A stretch of DNA of 63,915 bases, the filler included, from Choristocarpus tenellus KU-1152 (taxonomy: Eukaryota; Protista; Phaeophyceae): the NCBI GenBank assembly GCA_964200185.2. It is 12 parts of 12 records of this genome, joined end to end, with 100 filler letters (N's around TTAATTAATTAA, not from the genome) between each part and the next. Parts side by side here need not be neighbours in the genome. Positions count along the whole stretch, not along the records: positions 10,345 to 23,778 come from CAXNAD020001495.1; positions 23,879 to 28,057 come from CAXNAD020015829.1; 10 more parts are not named here. One strand, 5' to 3'. Position 1 is the stretch's first letter. Each line of letters opens with the position of its first letter. A program made the position numbers and the translations under genes. Under the pieces are notes generated by a model. The model searched no databases. It was not told where the DNA came from and saw nothing but the letters and a program-made list of their open reading frames with translations. This document shows, one piece after another, positions 13,401-26,393 of this stretch.

Positions 13401-16400
13401 GTGTCAATTAGGGGATGGTACAGTCCTGATATGGCTCCAGGTCATGCATAATGTGTATGGATAGTTCGTTGTGTGTGCGTTCATAACCAGGAGTTTTAGG
13501 GGTACTGTGGATGGGTTGTTCTCCATGATGATCATGTATGGGTGGTATGTTCATTTTGTGCTGTGTGCAACGTGATTTTTACTGTAAATGCCCCCCTTCT
13601 TTTTCTCAATTCATAATCACTCCTGTGTCTATTTCAAGTGTCTTTAATTGTCCTTGTTAGAATATTTTGCAATGGTCAATTTTGCCTCACTTTGGCTTGT
13701 GATGCTGAAGTCTGACTGGCAATGCTGTGATATACCTTGCTGTGATACTATACATGGTATTATGCGACTCAGCTGAGGGAGGAGGGGAAGTGCAAGGCAG
13801 ATGCGATGAATAGGCTGCTGCAGAGGCATGCCTTTAGGGGTGGCTGGTGAGCAAGCCTCCCTAGTCTCCACTTCTTCACATACACTGTATGTATCTTCCT
13901 TTTTTGCATCTTAACTTGAGCTGCCAGTGCCTTTATATATATTCACGTTGGCATGCCATTGGGGTACCTTGCTACTGTTGAAATTTCTACATTGAGACAG
14001 TCGTATTGTGGGTTTCCCTCTGTAAAGTGTGTAACGTACTATGCACTGTTGGTGCTGTGGCCCATATTGTTGTCATACAATGCCTTTTGCTTCTACACAT
14101 TTCAATTGAAAGAGTGTTCCAAGTGAATGTACAGGGAAGTAACTGCTCGAGCCCTAACCTCCTCTTGCACTTTTCCCCCTTTCTTGAAGCGACATGTCCA
14201 GGGAAGTGGAGTTGCTGGTAAGGTCTGTGGACGATTTCATCTCTGGTCGTGAGGACATGACGAGGTGACCTTGACTCTGGACAATGCCTTTTTTCCCCAT
14301 TATTAAAACCCTTGTACTTCTCTATCCCAGAAGTCTGTATCGTTTTTTTTGTGAAGAACTTTTTCAAATGTGAGATTAAGAAAAACAAAATGTTTAAAAG
14401 CCAACAACTTGGCTTGCACAAAGATATCTTTAATATATTTTTCATTTCAAAATAGCAGAATTAGCAAAACAGCAAAATCGACCAAGAGTGACGGAGACCT
14501 CAAATATAGACACAGATAGTTGTATTGGGTTTCTTGGCTTTTTTTGCATTAAATTAATTACTTGCCACTCTCATTGTCTCCCTCAATCCACCAAGTTGTG
14601 ACTGCGTTGTACACGTCTCTGTCAATGGGAATCAAGTGATCTAGAATGCCCTCAGGAGAGAATGAGAGTGACAAGCAATTAATTTAATGCAAAAAACACC
14701 AAGGAATCCAGCGCAACAGTATCTTCATCAAAGGTCTCATTTAGACATTATGGCCGATTAACCATAATTTCCAGCCACTTTTGGTCAATTTTGCTTTTTT
14801 TTTTTTTTTATCATATCTGTCATTTCAGAATTTGTTTTTGAAGATATCTATGTGCAAGCCGAAATTGTTGACTTTTGAACGTTATTTTTTTTCTGAATCA
14901 TATTTGAAAAAATGTATTCACAAAAAACCATAATGATACAGACTTATGGGGTAGAGGAGTATATCTGTGTGTGTGCATCACTGAGGTACTTTTGTTTGCC
15001 AGAGCAAATTGTTAATGCCCATCCAATTGCCAGCATTGCTGGAAGCTCTTAACAACTACAGTTGATTTTGATTAAATGATGTTTAAATTTGATTTTGACA
15101 AAATTCTCAAGGAAGCAGTTTAGTAGTGAAGATTGATTCCGTAGAGTACACTAACCTTCACAGGCTTAAAGACTAGCATAGTACTAGATGTCAATCACAG
15201 CCTCCTGTTTGATGTCAATTTGAAATCTGAATTTTGCACCATTGCAACTCTTGGCCTCCACACAGTCTCCTCCCTGCCTCAACTCAACTCAACTCATTTT
15301 CACCTCCCAAAAATATACCTCAGGCCAATCCGCCGGATGTTGAGCCTGCTTAAAACACAGTGGGACCCAGAGCGCGAGGAGCCCAGCCTTGCGATCAGTA
15401 AGGGGCATGGGGGGTCTGAACTCACCCACAGTCATAGCGAACAATGCTTCTATGTCCTGCAGTCCCTCATGCTGTGGTTGGAGGTTCGTATGCTAATTGT
15501 GTGTGTCTTCTTGCGGGTTTGGTACATATGGGGAGGTGTTTGAGTGGTGTGCTTTCTGATGTTGTGTGTGTGTGTGTGTGCGTGTGTGTGTGTGTGTATC
15601 GCTCTTGTGCTTGTGAGGATGTATGTATGTATGTATATATGGAGATTGTTTCCTCTTTGGATAGTGGTTGTTGATCTCAAGGTTGTATCTGGTGCACAAT
15701 TACTGCCTGTTTTTTCTAGGTAAAAACTGCATCTTTATGCATTGTTTGTTTGGGTATGATACTGTAGGCATATGTGTTGGTGTTGAATTATTAGTTGTGA
15801 CCCAGGTGTCCGTCAGTATGGAACATATGAAAACATGCCATCAAGCTCATGCAAGGTGAACCGTTTGTAGTAATGTATAGATGAAGTGCCATTTTTCTCC
15901 CAACCCCATGCTTACAACTTTTTCCTGGCTTATGCAGGTGTCGGAGTCCATGACGGAGTTCTGGGCTGATGGTGAGGCAGAACTCCTGAACTCCTACAAC
16001 TTCTATTACATAGAGAACACGGGGCAGGGGTTTCAGAGGATCCAGGTGAGAAAATGTCCATGCCCCTTATAAATGCTATGTTTCATTGGTGACAGTTTAT
16101 TGTATTTGACCTTGCTGATGGCTTAGTTTGTAAGCAAGGTATATATGAAATGGGGAAGTGAGGGGGTGATGTCAGCAACTTGCCAAGTAATTGATCGGTG
16201 GTTAATGGGACAGCATAGCAATGGAATGATTTCCAGTTGTAATTTGATTTTCTATTTTACCTCCTGTCAACCCATCATCCATCCTATTTTACACTCTGTT
16301 TGTGAGGGATTGTGGTCCTAGGTTGATTGCATAACACTTGTGGCTTGTGACTGGATTGTGCTGTAGTGGCATTGGGCACAAGAAGTGGAATGCAGGGTAA

Positions 16401-19229
16401 TGATAAAGCCGTCTTTCCTGCACCTGGAACGGCTTTATACTGTGTGATCTGTTTATTTGCTCACCGAAGAAAAGTGATTCCATGAACAAAATATAATCAT
16501 CCTTGTAGGTAGAGCAGATCAAATTTGTTCCACACTTCTGTGCACAAAGGTTGGATACCAGCCAAGTGCTCCCTCCTCTCACCACACTCAGTGTCCTATG
16601 CACTCAATGTAAATCTGTAGAACCTCCTTGAAATTGCAGATTTGCACATCCAGAACTTATGTAGCAACTGCACCATTACAGTTGTAGTGCTTCACAATCT
16701 GTTTGATAAGAGATTGCGTACTTGGGACTTGATTGTGCAAACGATTAAGTTTGTCACGGGTGGGGTTATCCATGAGAACAGTAGGTGGTGTAGAACAAGT
16801 TGAGCTGACTACAACACAGATCTGAACATTTGATGCAAGATGAGTTTTTAGGAGTGCACAGTTGTTTATTGAAGAGGATGGGCTAGAATATTCTATTTGT
16901 GCCCAGGAGCGGGGATGTATAAGCACCTTTTGATCAATTTATGCCACCAGTGGTGCAGTTTTGTACTAATACCTGAAAGCCTTACTTATGCATGCATCCA
17001 GTCATTTTTTGTCCACCTGCACTGGTCTACTGTTGTTCAGTCCCTGCGGAAAGACCATGGACTGATACTAGTAATCTTACTCTGCAGGATGCTCCTCGTG
17101 TTTCTAGGAGGATGGAGTATTGCATTAACAGGGTGAAGCGGAAGATGCGTATGTACTGGGTGAGCTTGGCAGGGTTTGCACTCCCAGGGCTTAGAGCTTT
17201 TGGTCTGTTGTTCAAGTATTGTTCATGTGGTAGAAACATCAATTGCATGTACTTCATGGCATTTCCTGGGGTTACTTTTCAGATATGATTATCCATTTGA
17301 TTGAGTATAAGGGAGATGTTGTGATGTGTAGTGTGTGGTGCACAGTAAGGTGATGTGCAACGGGGATGAACTGCTGTGCTCACGTTGCTAACTTCTGCGA
17401 GAACTTGCCATGTCTCATCTCCTGAGGCTTGTCTGTGCTTGAGAAATGTCATCCCTCAATCAGTCAGCTTTTTAGGAGCGCTTTTTTCTGGAAGGGTGAG
17501 ACTGTTTTCAAGAAGTTAGTTCCGCAGGTGTTACAAAAGCTTGAGGGGGTGATCGCATGGGGTAGACTTGAGGTTACAAATCCTGGGGTCAATATGGATG
17601 CTGAGCAGTAACAGTTGGGCACAATGTGCCTTCGAGAGAATTGAGTGCATACATAGTATGTGTATGTGGGGAAAACGTCAAGAGGTAAGGTGGGGGGATA
17701 CAGTGTATACCTTCCTCAATGTAACCACTGTATAGACGACTGAGAGGAAATGCCATTGCAAATATTTCCCAGGCCTTTGAGGTTTCACATTTCTTCCCCT
17801 TTGAATATGTAATATGGAATAGTGTTTGAGGGAGGTCAGGATTGAGGGAATCAGGGAGGATCTAGGGACAAGATAGATTGTTTATTAAATGCAATATGAG
17901 TGTTACTTATTTTACATTATGTGATTTATTTGATATACCACCTCCCCATACCCTTCATATTGGCATCGTGTAGTTGATCAAATAGGTATTGCCATTAAGT
18001 GAACACGCGCGCAAGCGCGCGCACACGCACACACGCACACAAATTCGCAGCAACAAACATGTTACATGTTCCATCCCCCATCACCAACTCTTTTGTACCA
18101 TAAACTCATCCACCAGCTCTCACATGCTTCCCCACTTTCTCCATACAGGTAGGATCATCGTGTGTGCACCTTGGGGATCACTGTGTCCCTAATGCACTAG
18201 TGTTCCTGGAGAAGTATGCCCAGATCCCAAACCTTCTCAACCCCATCCTTAAGGTTTGTTGGAGAGTCAAAATGAGTGATCAGAAATTGTTGAGGGTGCT
18301 GAGTGAGTCTACTCCACTGTGTTACATAATGCCAAGCACAAGAGGTTGGTCCTCGCCACCTTTGTATTTCCCCATAGAAGTGACCTTCAACGGAGCTAGC
18401 TCTTTAGGTATATTGTGTACTGCATGTCAACCATCACTAATTGTCGATAACCAAGGAACATTCACTTGTCCAAGAAATGTATTGGGCTTGCAGTGTTTGG
18501 TAGGGTTTCTATCCAAAAGTGTGTTGAAAGGACCTCTTTGTCGGTCTTGACTCAAACCTACTGTGACAACCTACCATAGAGAGGACGTATTGAAATAGTC
18601 CAAGCACTTCTTTGTGTTGCTGTATAGCATTTCTAGTACCCTGGTCCAATATGTGCTGCTCAAGTTTTGTACCTTTGCTTTCCTTCTGGTCCATATATGG
18701 ACTTAATTTCCACCTGCTCATGATTTGAATTTACTTTATATCTGCTTGACTTCTACTGTCTATGAGTGGGCTGTACAGAGACTTCTTTCTTCTTGATCTA
18801 GCATCTACCCCAAACTTAATATGAGGTGTTTGCGCTTGAGTATTGCTTCAAACCTACCAATCTACCTGTTTTCAGTTGTTTCACACAAACACGTGCAGTT
18901 TCAAGCTATAGAGTACTGTAAAACATAATTTATCACTATAGAGAGCATAGATCAGTTCTCATCGTTTTCTGCTATTAACGTGTATGGAACATTCCATGTG
19001 CTATCCCAGCACAATCCACCTCTCCTCCTTACCATCTCAAATTAGTTGATTTGTATTATGACCTTTTCCTCGCGGTAATCCCCTACCCTCCATTTCGCAC
19101 TTCCTACCTTCAGGCTGTTGACTTCCTCAACAATCTTCAAGATGGTCCTGAGAAGATATCAATCGAGGTTGCATTTGGGGATGTTAACAACTGCATGAGC
19201 AAGATCCTACAAAGCTTTTTCTCAGAAGG
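10415..19229 (+). CDS. DUF2009 / UPF0652 family protein, 7 internal exons (10415-10501, 10775-10845, 15324-15483, 15938-16045, 17088-17159, 18149-18253, 19114-19229)
   Basis: All exons have AG/GT boundaries with consistent phases. Peptides [105 protein letters not shown] and FFSEG match DUF2009 motifs recalled as RRYKIMNP, GGARLTHSH, DTGQGLQRVQ and WVGSSVVHLGDHNVPNAL. The first and last exons are not found in this contig. Confidence 0.88.
11283..11535 (-). mobile_element. MITE family B (Sola2-like), complete copy with 4-bp TSD CTTA
   Basis: Reverse-complement homolog of 53770-54028; ends gacccaaa...aatactttgactc; ctta at 11279-11282 and 11536-11539. Confidence 0.75.
14317..14959. mobile_element. 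Foldback MITE, Tc1/mariner (Stowaway)-like, TA TSD
   Basis: TA|cttctctatcccagaagtctgtatc...gatacagacttatggggtagaggag|TA. Outer arms ~14317-14490 / ~14775-14959; inner inverted pair ~14526-14580 / ~14655-14715. Confidence 0.8.
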
Positions 19230-20141
19230 GTGAGTCACATTGAGTTGTTCTCTCTTCTGTAGTATTGAAATGGAGAGGGCAGACATATCTCTCCAAATTG
19301 AGGAATCACTTCGATTTATCACTGATGAATGGAAGCATCTAGGGGACTTAGGGTATTCCTCTCCTCTCAGAGCGTGCTGTTCCTTCCTTATTCCTCCTTG
19401 CACTCGATCCCCTAGGAATGAATGGGTGCACAGCGTGGCTATTTTATGCATTTTTTTCAGAGTGAATGATGGTGTACATGCATTTCAGGTGTACCTTTAT
19501 CTGATGTTGCTTCATTGCTGAGTTAATTGTGTCATGTTGATACATGCTAACTAGTTTTAGTGAAGTCTGGAGTATGTTGTAGGGTATTCTATTCCCAGCA
19601 GACTTATTTTTCTTGGGTCAGTGGAACATGTGTGGGGATTATTGCACCAGTTCTAGTTTAGTACTTTGAAGTATGAAGTGATGCAATTGGTCCACTACAT
19701 GGTTCACCCCCTTCATTTCATAAATATGTCTGAAGTGTGCCAGGAACAGTATCGGGAAAATTGTGTTATGGTATATATTTATGTTGTACTGAATGGAGTA
19801 CCCCTCCATCGGATGTAATCACAGTGCTGTTGCTGGTGCCTGTAGTGGCAATTGCTATGTCAATCTGAATACTCATAATGTTCAAGTTAAAATAAATGTG
19901 ATATTTACATATATTTTTGCAACTCAAGCTCCTTTAATACATTTGGTCTTAGCTCGTTAATTATCATATTGTACAAGTACTTTCAGGACAATCACTCTTG
20001 GCAGGTTTTAAAGCTTTATTGGGGGTTGGATACACCCCGTAGGAATGTGCTCAGACCTACAGCACAGTGAGATTTGTTCCTCTAAACACATTTTGTTGGC
20101 CAGAGAAGTCATGATATGAAGCAGTGCTATTTTTGCGCCAG

Positions 20142-22260
20142 TCAAACAATATCCTGGTGTTTTGACTGTGTCATTTTGGTAGACAATTTCCAACCTATTT
20201 CCAGACATAGAGCTTCGCTACCCCTGACCTGTTGGTACCTGTATCTATTGCTCACATTTTCCAATGACATGAACTCATCCTTGTACCCACGAACACACCC
20301 ACACCAGCTGTTCCCCACCATACAACCTACGGAAATACGAAAACTTGAAGGTTCAATGGATCTGGAGGCCCAAACCGAATAGAATCTGGGGATTGCATTG
20401 ATGGACGCCTCACGAGCGCATGGAACTGGTGCTCCAATATCAAGGACCAGCCTTTCTACTTTGTGTTTGTGCTGAGCGGCTTCACTGGGTTCAATATTAG
20501 CCTTAGCACCTGATGATGTTTGTATTAGAGTCCGCTCCATCATTCCCAACCTTGGACTTGAGTATCACTTCAGTGTTGAGCTAACCTGATGATGCCAAAC
20601 TGTGCACTCTGGGCAAGACAGAGGGGTAAGGAGGGATTGTGGGGGGAGATGTCAGAGTTTGCTCAGAGGATATGGTCATGTATTGTTGCTCCACCTTCCA
20701 TCAAGCTGTGTGTGGGTTGGTGGCCTATCAAGTGCATGTCAGAACTGGTTTAGGCTAGTGGAAGTGTCAGCCTTTGTTGGTGATGATGCTATTGTTCTGA
20801 GAGTCGGGTGGAAGTTATGGATGGGAAGGGAAACACTGACATATTATGTGTTGTGGGCACAGTCCTGAGTTAAATAGAAATGGAGGACTGAGTCAATAGA
20901 CGCCTCATCAGCATGTGGAAATGGTGCCCCAATATCAAGGAGCAGTCTTTGCACTTTGTGTTTGCCCTGAGTAGCTTCACTGGGCTCAATGATGGCCTTG
21001 GCAGCTGAAGATGTTTGTGTTGGAGCCCACTCCGTCATCCTGAGTTGTGGACTTTAATATCACCTCTGTGTCTTATCTATCCTGAAATATGCAAGGTGTT
21101 CAGGATTGGAGAAGTCAGAGTACACTTGGTGAAGATGGTCGTGCATTGTTGCCCCACCTTCTATCAAGCTGTGTATGGGATGGTGGCCTATCAAGTGCAT
21201 GCTGGGCCTGTGTTTAGGCTAGTGGAAGTGCCAGCCTTTGTTGGCGATGATGCTATTGTTCTGAGAGTCGGGTGGAAGTTATGGATGGGAAGGGAAACAC
21301 TGACATATTATTTGTTGTGGGCACAGTCGTGAGCTGAATAGAAATGGAGGATTGAATCAATAGACGCCTCATCAGCGTGTGGAAACGGTGCCCCAATATC
21401 AAGGAGCAGTATTTGCACTTTGTGTTTGTGCTGAGGAGCTTCACTGGGTTCAATGGCGGTCTTGGCAGCTGAAGATGTTTGTGTTGAAGCCCACTCCATC
21501 ATCCTGAGTTGTGAACTTGAGTATCACCTCTGTGTCTAACCTGAATTATGCAAGGTGTTCAGGGTTGATGAGGTCAGAGTACACTTGGTGAAGATGGTCG
21601 TGCATTGTTGCCCCACCTTCTATCAAGCTGTGTATGGGGTTGTGGCCTATCAAGTGCATGCCGGACCTGTGTTTAGGCTAGTGGAAGTGCCAGCCTTTGT
21701 TGGCGATGATGCTATCGTTTTGAGACCTAGGTGGGAGTAGTGGATAGGAAGGGGGAAATCTGATATATTTTATGTTGTGAGGACGGTCCTGAGCTGTGAA
21801 TAGAAATGGAGGACTGAATCAATAGACGCCTCATCAGCGTGTGGAAACGGTGCTCCAATATCAAGGAGCAGTATTTGCACTTTGTGTTTGTGCTGAGTGG
21901 GTTCACTGGGTTCAATGGCGGTCTTGGCAGCTGAAGATGTTTGTGTTGGAGCCCACCCCGTCATCCTGAGTTGTGGACTTGAGTATCACCTCTGTGTCTA
22001 ACCTGAATTATGCAAGGTGTTCAGGGTTGGTGAGGTCAGAGTACACTGGGTGAAGATGGTCGTGCATTGTTTCCCCACCTTCCATCAAGCTGTGTATGGG
22101 ATGGGGCCGATCAAGTGCGTGCAGGAATTGTGTTCTATCTTCCAGACGAGCCAAAATTTGATGGCGAGGATGTCATTGTTATGAGAGCCATGGCGATCAC
22201 AATGGGTAGGGACGGGGAAATTGAGACCTGCAAGCTCCTCTTGTAGGACTTTCCAGAAAC
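20142..22260 (-). pseudogene. Decayed ORF made of ~460-bp tandem repeats (about 4 units), unknown protein
   Basis: Anchor atcaagctgtg at 20700, 21163, 21622 and 22084 (periods 463, 459, 462). The peptide AKxxIEPSExxQHKHKVQxLLLDIGAPFPHADEASIDSxLxFY is open in 4 copies. Confidence 0.7.
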
Positions 22261-23735
22261 CCTAGATATTTTGTCTGTTGCTATCCGGAGCCATATCTAT
22301 TGGGTAGAAGAGAATTGCTAGTATTACGTTATTGTTTACCTGTCGGTCCGCAAGTGTCAACCAATGGGTGTGCATGTTTGTGTATTTGTGTCTGTGCGGT
22401 ACAGCACTGTTGGTAAGTTGTTATAGTTAATATTAGATACCTCCAAGAATATTGTAATTCGGAGTATCTGTGCTTTGGATGATGGAATGGAGGTTGTGGT
22501 GAGACATTGATTGCTTGTGGATGATCAAGTGTTTTTTTAGTATGTCTAAGAAATAGATACAAATATTTGGGTTTGTGTGAAAGGATGGAATGGGAAATAA
22601 GGGAAGCATACATTTATTCTGAGTTGATGTAGATTAAAGAGATGTGTGACAATTAATTGTAGGCTCCTCCTACAGTATCAGGCACAGTGAGAGTGTAAGG
22701 TACTGGGAGGCGTTGAAGTCAGTACTTTCTGGTGTGATGTGAAGCAAGGATAAAGTGAAACGTTCAGGGTGTGACAAGTGTTAGCTGATTACATATTTCA
22801 GAGTATAGTATTGGAGACTGGTGGTCAGGATATTCATGTTGTGTCTGAACTTTAGCATGCTTCAGAGCAGGTGAATCCAGGTGGATAGATCTGTATCCTA
22901 TATATAGTATTACTACTATAACGAGGAAAGTTTAGCAGACTGGTTAGAGTCTTGACTAACCTGTGGCATTACTACTGCAGGGAGTTGCCCTCCAACTTGT
23001 ATTGTGTACCCACTATGAATAATACTAATGCAGTGTGGTGGTGTCTCATCTTGCGGTCTTCGTACTAGTAGTACAATATGCATGACTGCTCACAGCACTC
23101 CCCAAGGCAAGAATGGATGCTGCCAACATTACTGACATGTAAGTGCGGTAAATCAACTCTTCTATTGTCAAGCTCAGGTGAAGGCAAAAACAAGACTCGA
23201 TATGGAGTCCTACCAGTTTTGGCAGGCGATAATATATGACAAAGATGGCATTTTGACGGGAAACATGGTTGCTGGTGTTCTTGGTGCATATGCCAAGGTA
23301 TTTCTGCTTGGGCATCGTTGCGGATTGGATCAAAAAGTATGTACCTCCTCCAACTGTAGTATTAAGCTGTTTCTGGGTACGGAGCTTCTTCAGCTGCTGA
23401 TAACCAAAGAGTACTGCAAGTAGCACTGCATAGAGATTGGATGGGCAATGTCCGTTTGTAGGGTTGCACACAAACCATACAGCTACCGCTACACCACTGC
23501 ACACTATGATTAAATCACAGACCACAAGTCCTGCTTCAAATTCCCTTAGAGAGATCTACAACAGCGATTTCAGTTTTCACATAGGTACGGGAAACTCACT
23601 CTGGCTGCTGCTTGCCGTACTACTACTAACAGTAGTAAGTTCTCACTTTGACTTACTATGGTACGAACTTGACTGTGATAATCCGGAATCCCTGCTGCAA
23701 CGTGACATACGTAAATATACGTGCGTACATTATAA

Positions 23736-23778
23736 CAGGGGATTCGCAAAATTGAGGATGGAGCGGGACTATGAGGAT
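23736..23778 (+). mobile_element. hAT-like element terminus (second copy 51017-51078)
   Basis: caggggattc(g/a)caaaattgaggatggag(c/t)gggactatgaggat sits at the ends of two different contigs; the CAGGG...TTC.CAAA start is hAT-like. Confidence 0.55.
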
Positions 23779-23908
23779 NNNNNNNNNNNNNNNNNNNNNN
23801 NNNNNNNNNNNNNNNNNNNNNNTTAATTAATTAANNNNNNNNNNNNNNNNNNNNNNNNNNNNNNNNNNNNNNNNNNNNCCCCCCCCCAGATACTTTGACC
23901 CACCTGCA

Positions 23909-24287
23909 CAAATATGACCGATGCAATGGACAGAAAACTGTTGTAGATTCTTGTAACTGCCACCCTGTGTACACAACTACAAATAATGCTGCTGATCATG
24001 TACCTCTGGAGCAAATTTGACAGGCAAGACGACACAAATCGTTCTTAGATCCATCCAGCAGCACTATAGCTGCCACTTGGTGTACGTCCGCAAATAATAC
24101 TGCTCATGCTACCTCCTGTTATCCTGTGCAAATTTGACGCGTGGAATGAACAGAAAACGCTTTTGGATCGTCTTGCTTTTTTTCGAAACTGCCACTACTA
24201 CTGTGACTACGACAGCAAATAAATGTGCATGGTCATGTTACCTGTTCATACCTTTGGCGGATTTGACAGGGAAACAAACAGAAAAGG
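23909..24287. repeat. Degenerate ~100-130-bp tandem repeat, about 3.3 copies
   Basis: Motif series caaat(a/t)tgac...acagaaaac...ctgccac...caaataa...tcatg(c)tacct recurs at 23909, 24012, 24129 and 24258. Confidence 0.6.
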
Positions 24288-26393
24288 GCCTTTCCCAACG
24301 GTTTTGCTTGTCTTAACGTTACTACTCATATCAACACGGTATTTGGTGGGAAAAAAGGGCAGGTGAAACGATCAGAAAACATTTGAAGATTCTCTTTACA
24401 TTTTCGTAACCGTCACTGTGTTCACGACTACGAATATAGCCGCTCATGGCACCTATTGTTAAGAGGTGACTGCCGAATTGCACACAACCATGTTTTGGTT
24501 CCATGCATTGGTTTTGTAACTTTCATTATGATCTGTGTGCACGACTCAACTTTTATTACTAAAATCAAATGACATGTTGGAATCTTGTGCAACCTTGCCA
24601 GGTGAAACGGGCAGATCATGGTTGGTGTTCCTGCCACTGGTTCGTAACACCCATTTTGTTCACGGCTGCAAACTTTGCTGCTCAAGCGACAAATACTATG
24701 TATGACCTTCTGGACCATGCAGATTATTTTTCACTCTGATGAGGCAATTCAAATCGTGGGATATATATATATATATTGGGTGTGTTTAGGTTAGACGTCA
24801 TATTGAGTTTGATTACTGGTCTTTGATAATAGGCCAAGCTGTACTCCTTGCATGCTTTGAATATAAACCCACAGGCCAATTGGTTGGTGGGTGGTAGAAA
24901 CAGAACCAAAAACTAAATACTCCATGTATGTACTAACAATATTAACAGTATCTGTACAGGTATCCCCCTACTTGAGATGCTCTAGCTCCCACCTGTCATT
25001 GCACAGGCTTGAATTATACAGGGAAAGCTAAATGACTGTTGTGAGGAGAATATCATGCCTAGTTTTCATTGTGAATTCCCTGCAAAGATGGAAGAGAGGG
25101 AGACAGGTTCATATACACCTAACTTTACACAGAAATGATGAGCAACCACCAAAGACTTTTTACCAGGTATCAGACACTGCTTGATCTGGTCACCAGGGTT
25201 CTTGAAGCACGGATGGTAACTTGCAAGGCTACGACCCATCTGCATTATTACTACATAAAACACACCATAGGCCCCTCAGACCATTTCTTTTGTATTCACA
25301 GGCCAAAAATCCATCCAGGCAATATATCACCCAGAGGACATAGTATCCATAGATTGAACCACCTCAAGAAAAGCCAGTTTGGAGCAGTGGCTATCAAGGG
25401 GGAATCTTAGGAGGGCACTGCACTAATTTTAGTAGTACCTAAATCTGCACCATCAACCATGGCATGCCTTACAATACAACGATAGTATTTTAGGTATAAC
25501 TTTACTGACATATGTTCTGAGGTACAAGGAAACAGGACAAACTTCTTGCCTACAAAATTATGTTTCACCAAGAAACCATGACTACTTCAGAGTTGACAGA
25601 GTTTTTTATCCAAAGCATGATAAATCTACATTTTCATACCCAACAAACACTCCTTAGTCCAAAGATCTCATTCTGAGTCACATAGTGTTATTGCATCATA
25701 CCTTCAGACCAAGAACCCACATTCATTCATCAGTGGGTGCGTCTTGGGTAAATCTTCTAACGTCTGTGAAAAAAAGTCTTTCAGTCGCTTGAATATTCAA
25801 CAACCTGTCCATCAGTCAGCTGGATATCATGCACTACATATAGAAGAGCAACAAAATATCACAACTTCAAATCAAGGTCCATCACAGTGCTCCTTATAAA
25901 TAGTAGGCAAAGCCCAGCCTGGACGGGGATTTCTTAAGTTCTTGACACTTTCATGAACCCATGCCCCTTCATTGGGTATCAATAATTAGAGAGGTCAAGG
26001 GTGAAAACATTACAGGACGGAAAGCGTGTTGAGTAGGCATGCACTTCTGCGACAGAGGTCAATAGTGTAAAAACGTTAGAGCTACGAAAACCCACAACTA
26101 CTGCAGTCTAAAGGCATTCTGCAAATTGATCTTGAACAAGGCCCACTCACTGCAAACAACAAGACTTCCAGTTCCATGCTTTATTCGATTTATATTGTTA
26201 TACACTGTGCAGGTGGCGAGAGACACAAAGGAAGATAAACACATTATTTTGACTAAATCGATACCAGCCATGCCTTCCCCTTCCACAAGCATTTACCCCC
26301 CCAACCATGCTCTGCCTTCAAGAAGAAACAACCATGTAAGACGTCACACACTTTATATACAGCTACAAAAGAAGTGCTCTTATCCTTGGGAGG

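Noticed and set aside
11540-13600. Cluster of short minus-strand ORFs in a DUF2009 intron
   Set aside because: They lie in different frames with no diagnostic motif; likely a decayed element, but unassignable.
18280-18920. Possible hAT transposase remnants here and at ~58440-59260
   Set aside because: Only vague similarity with many stops; cannot be supported without a profile search.
20378-22125. Repeat array as CRISPR or as a shuffling-exon array (ROCO-LRR / NB-ARC-TPR type)
   Set aside because: Whole 460-bp units are homologous with no unique spacers, and I saw no LRR/TPR motif or conserved paired splice sites.
23046-23525. 159-aa hydrophobic ORF
   Set aside because: No splice signals or recognisable motif, and the opposite strand reads equally well; probably TE debris.
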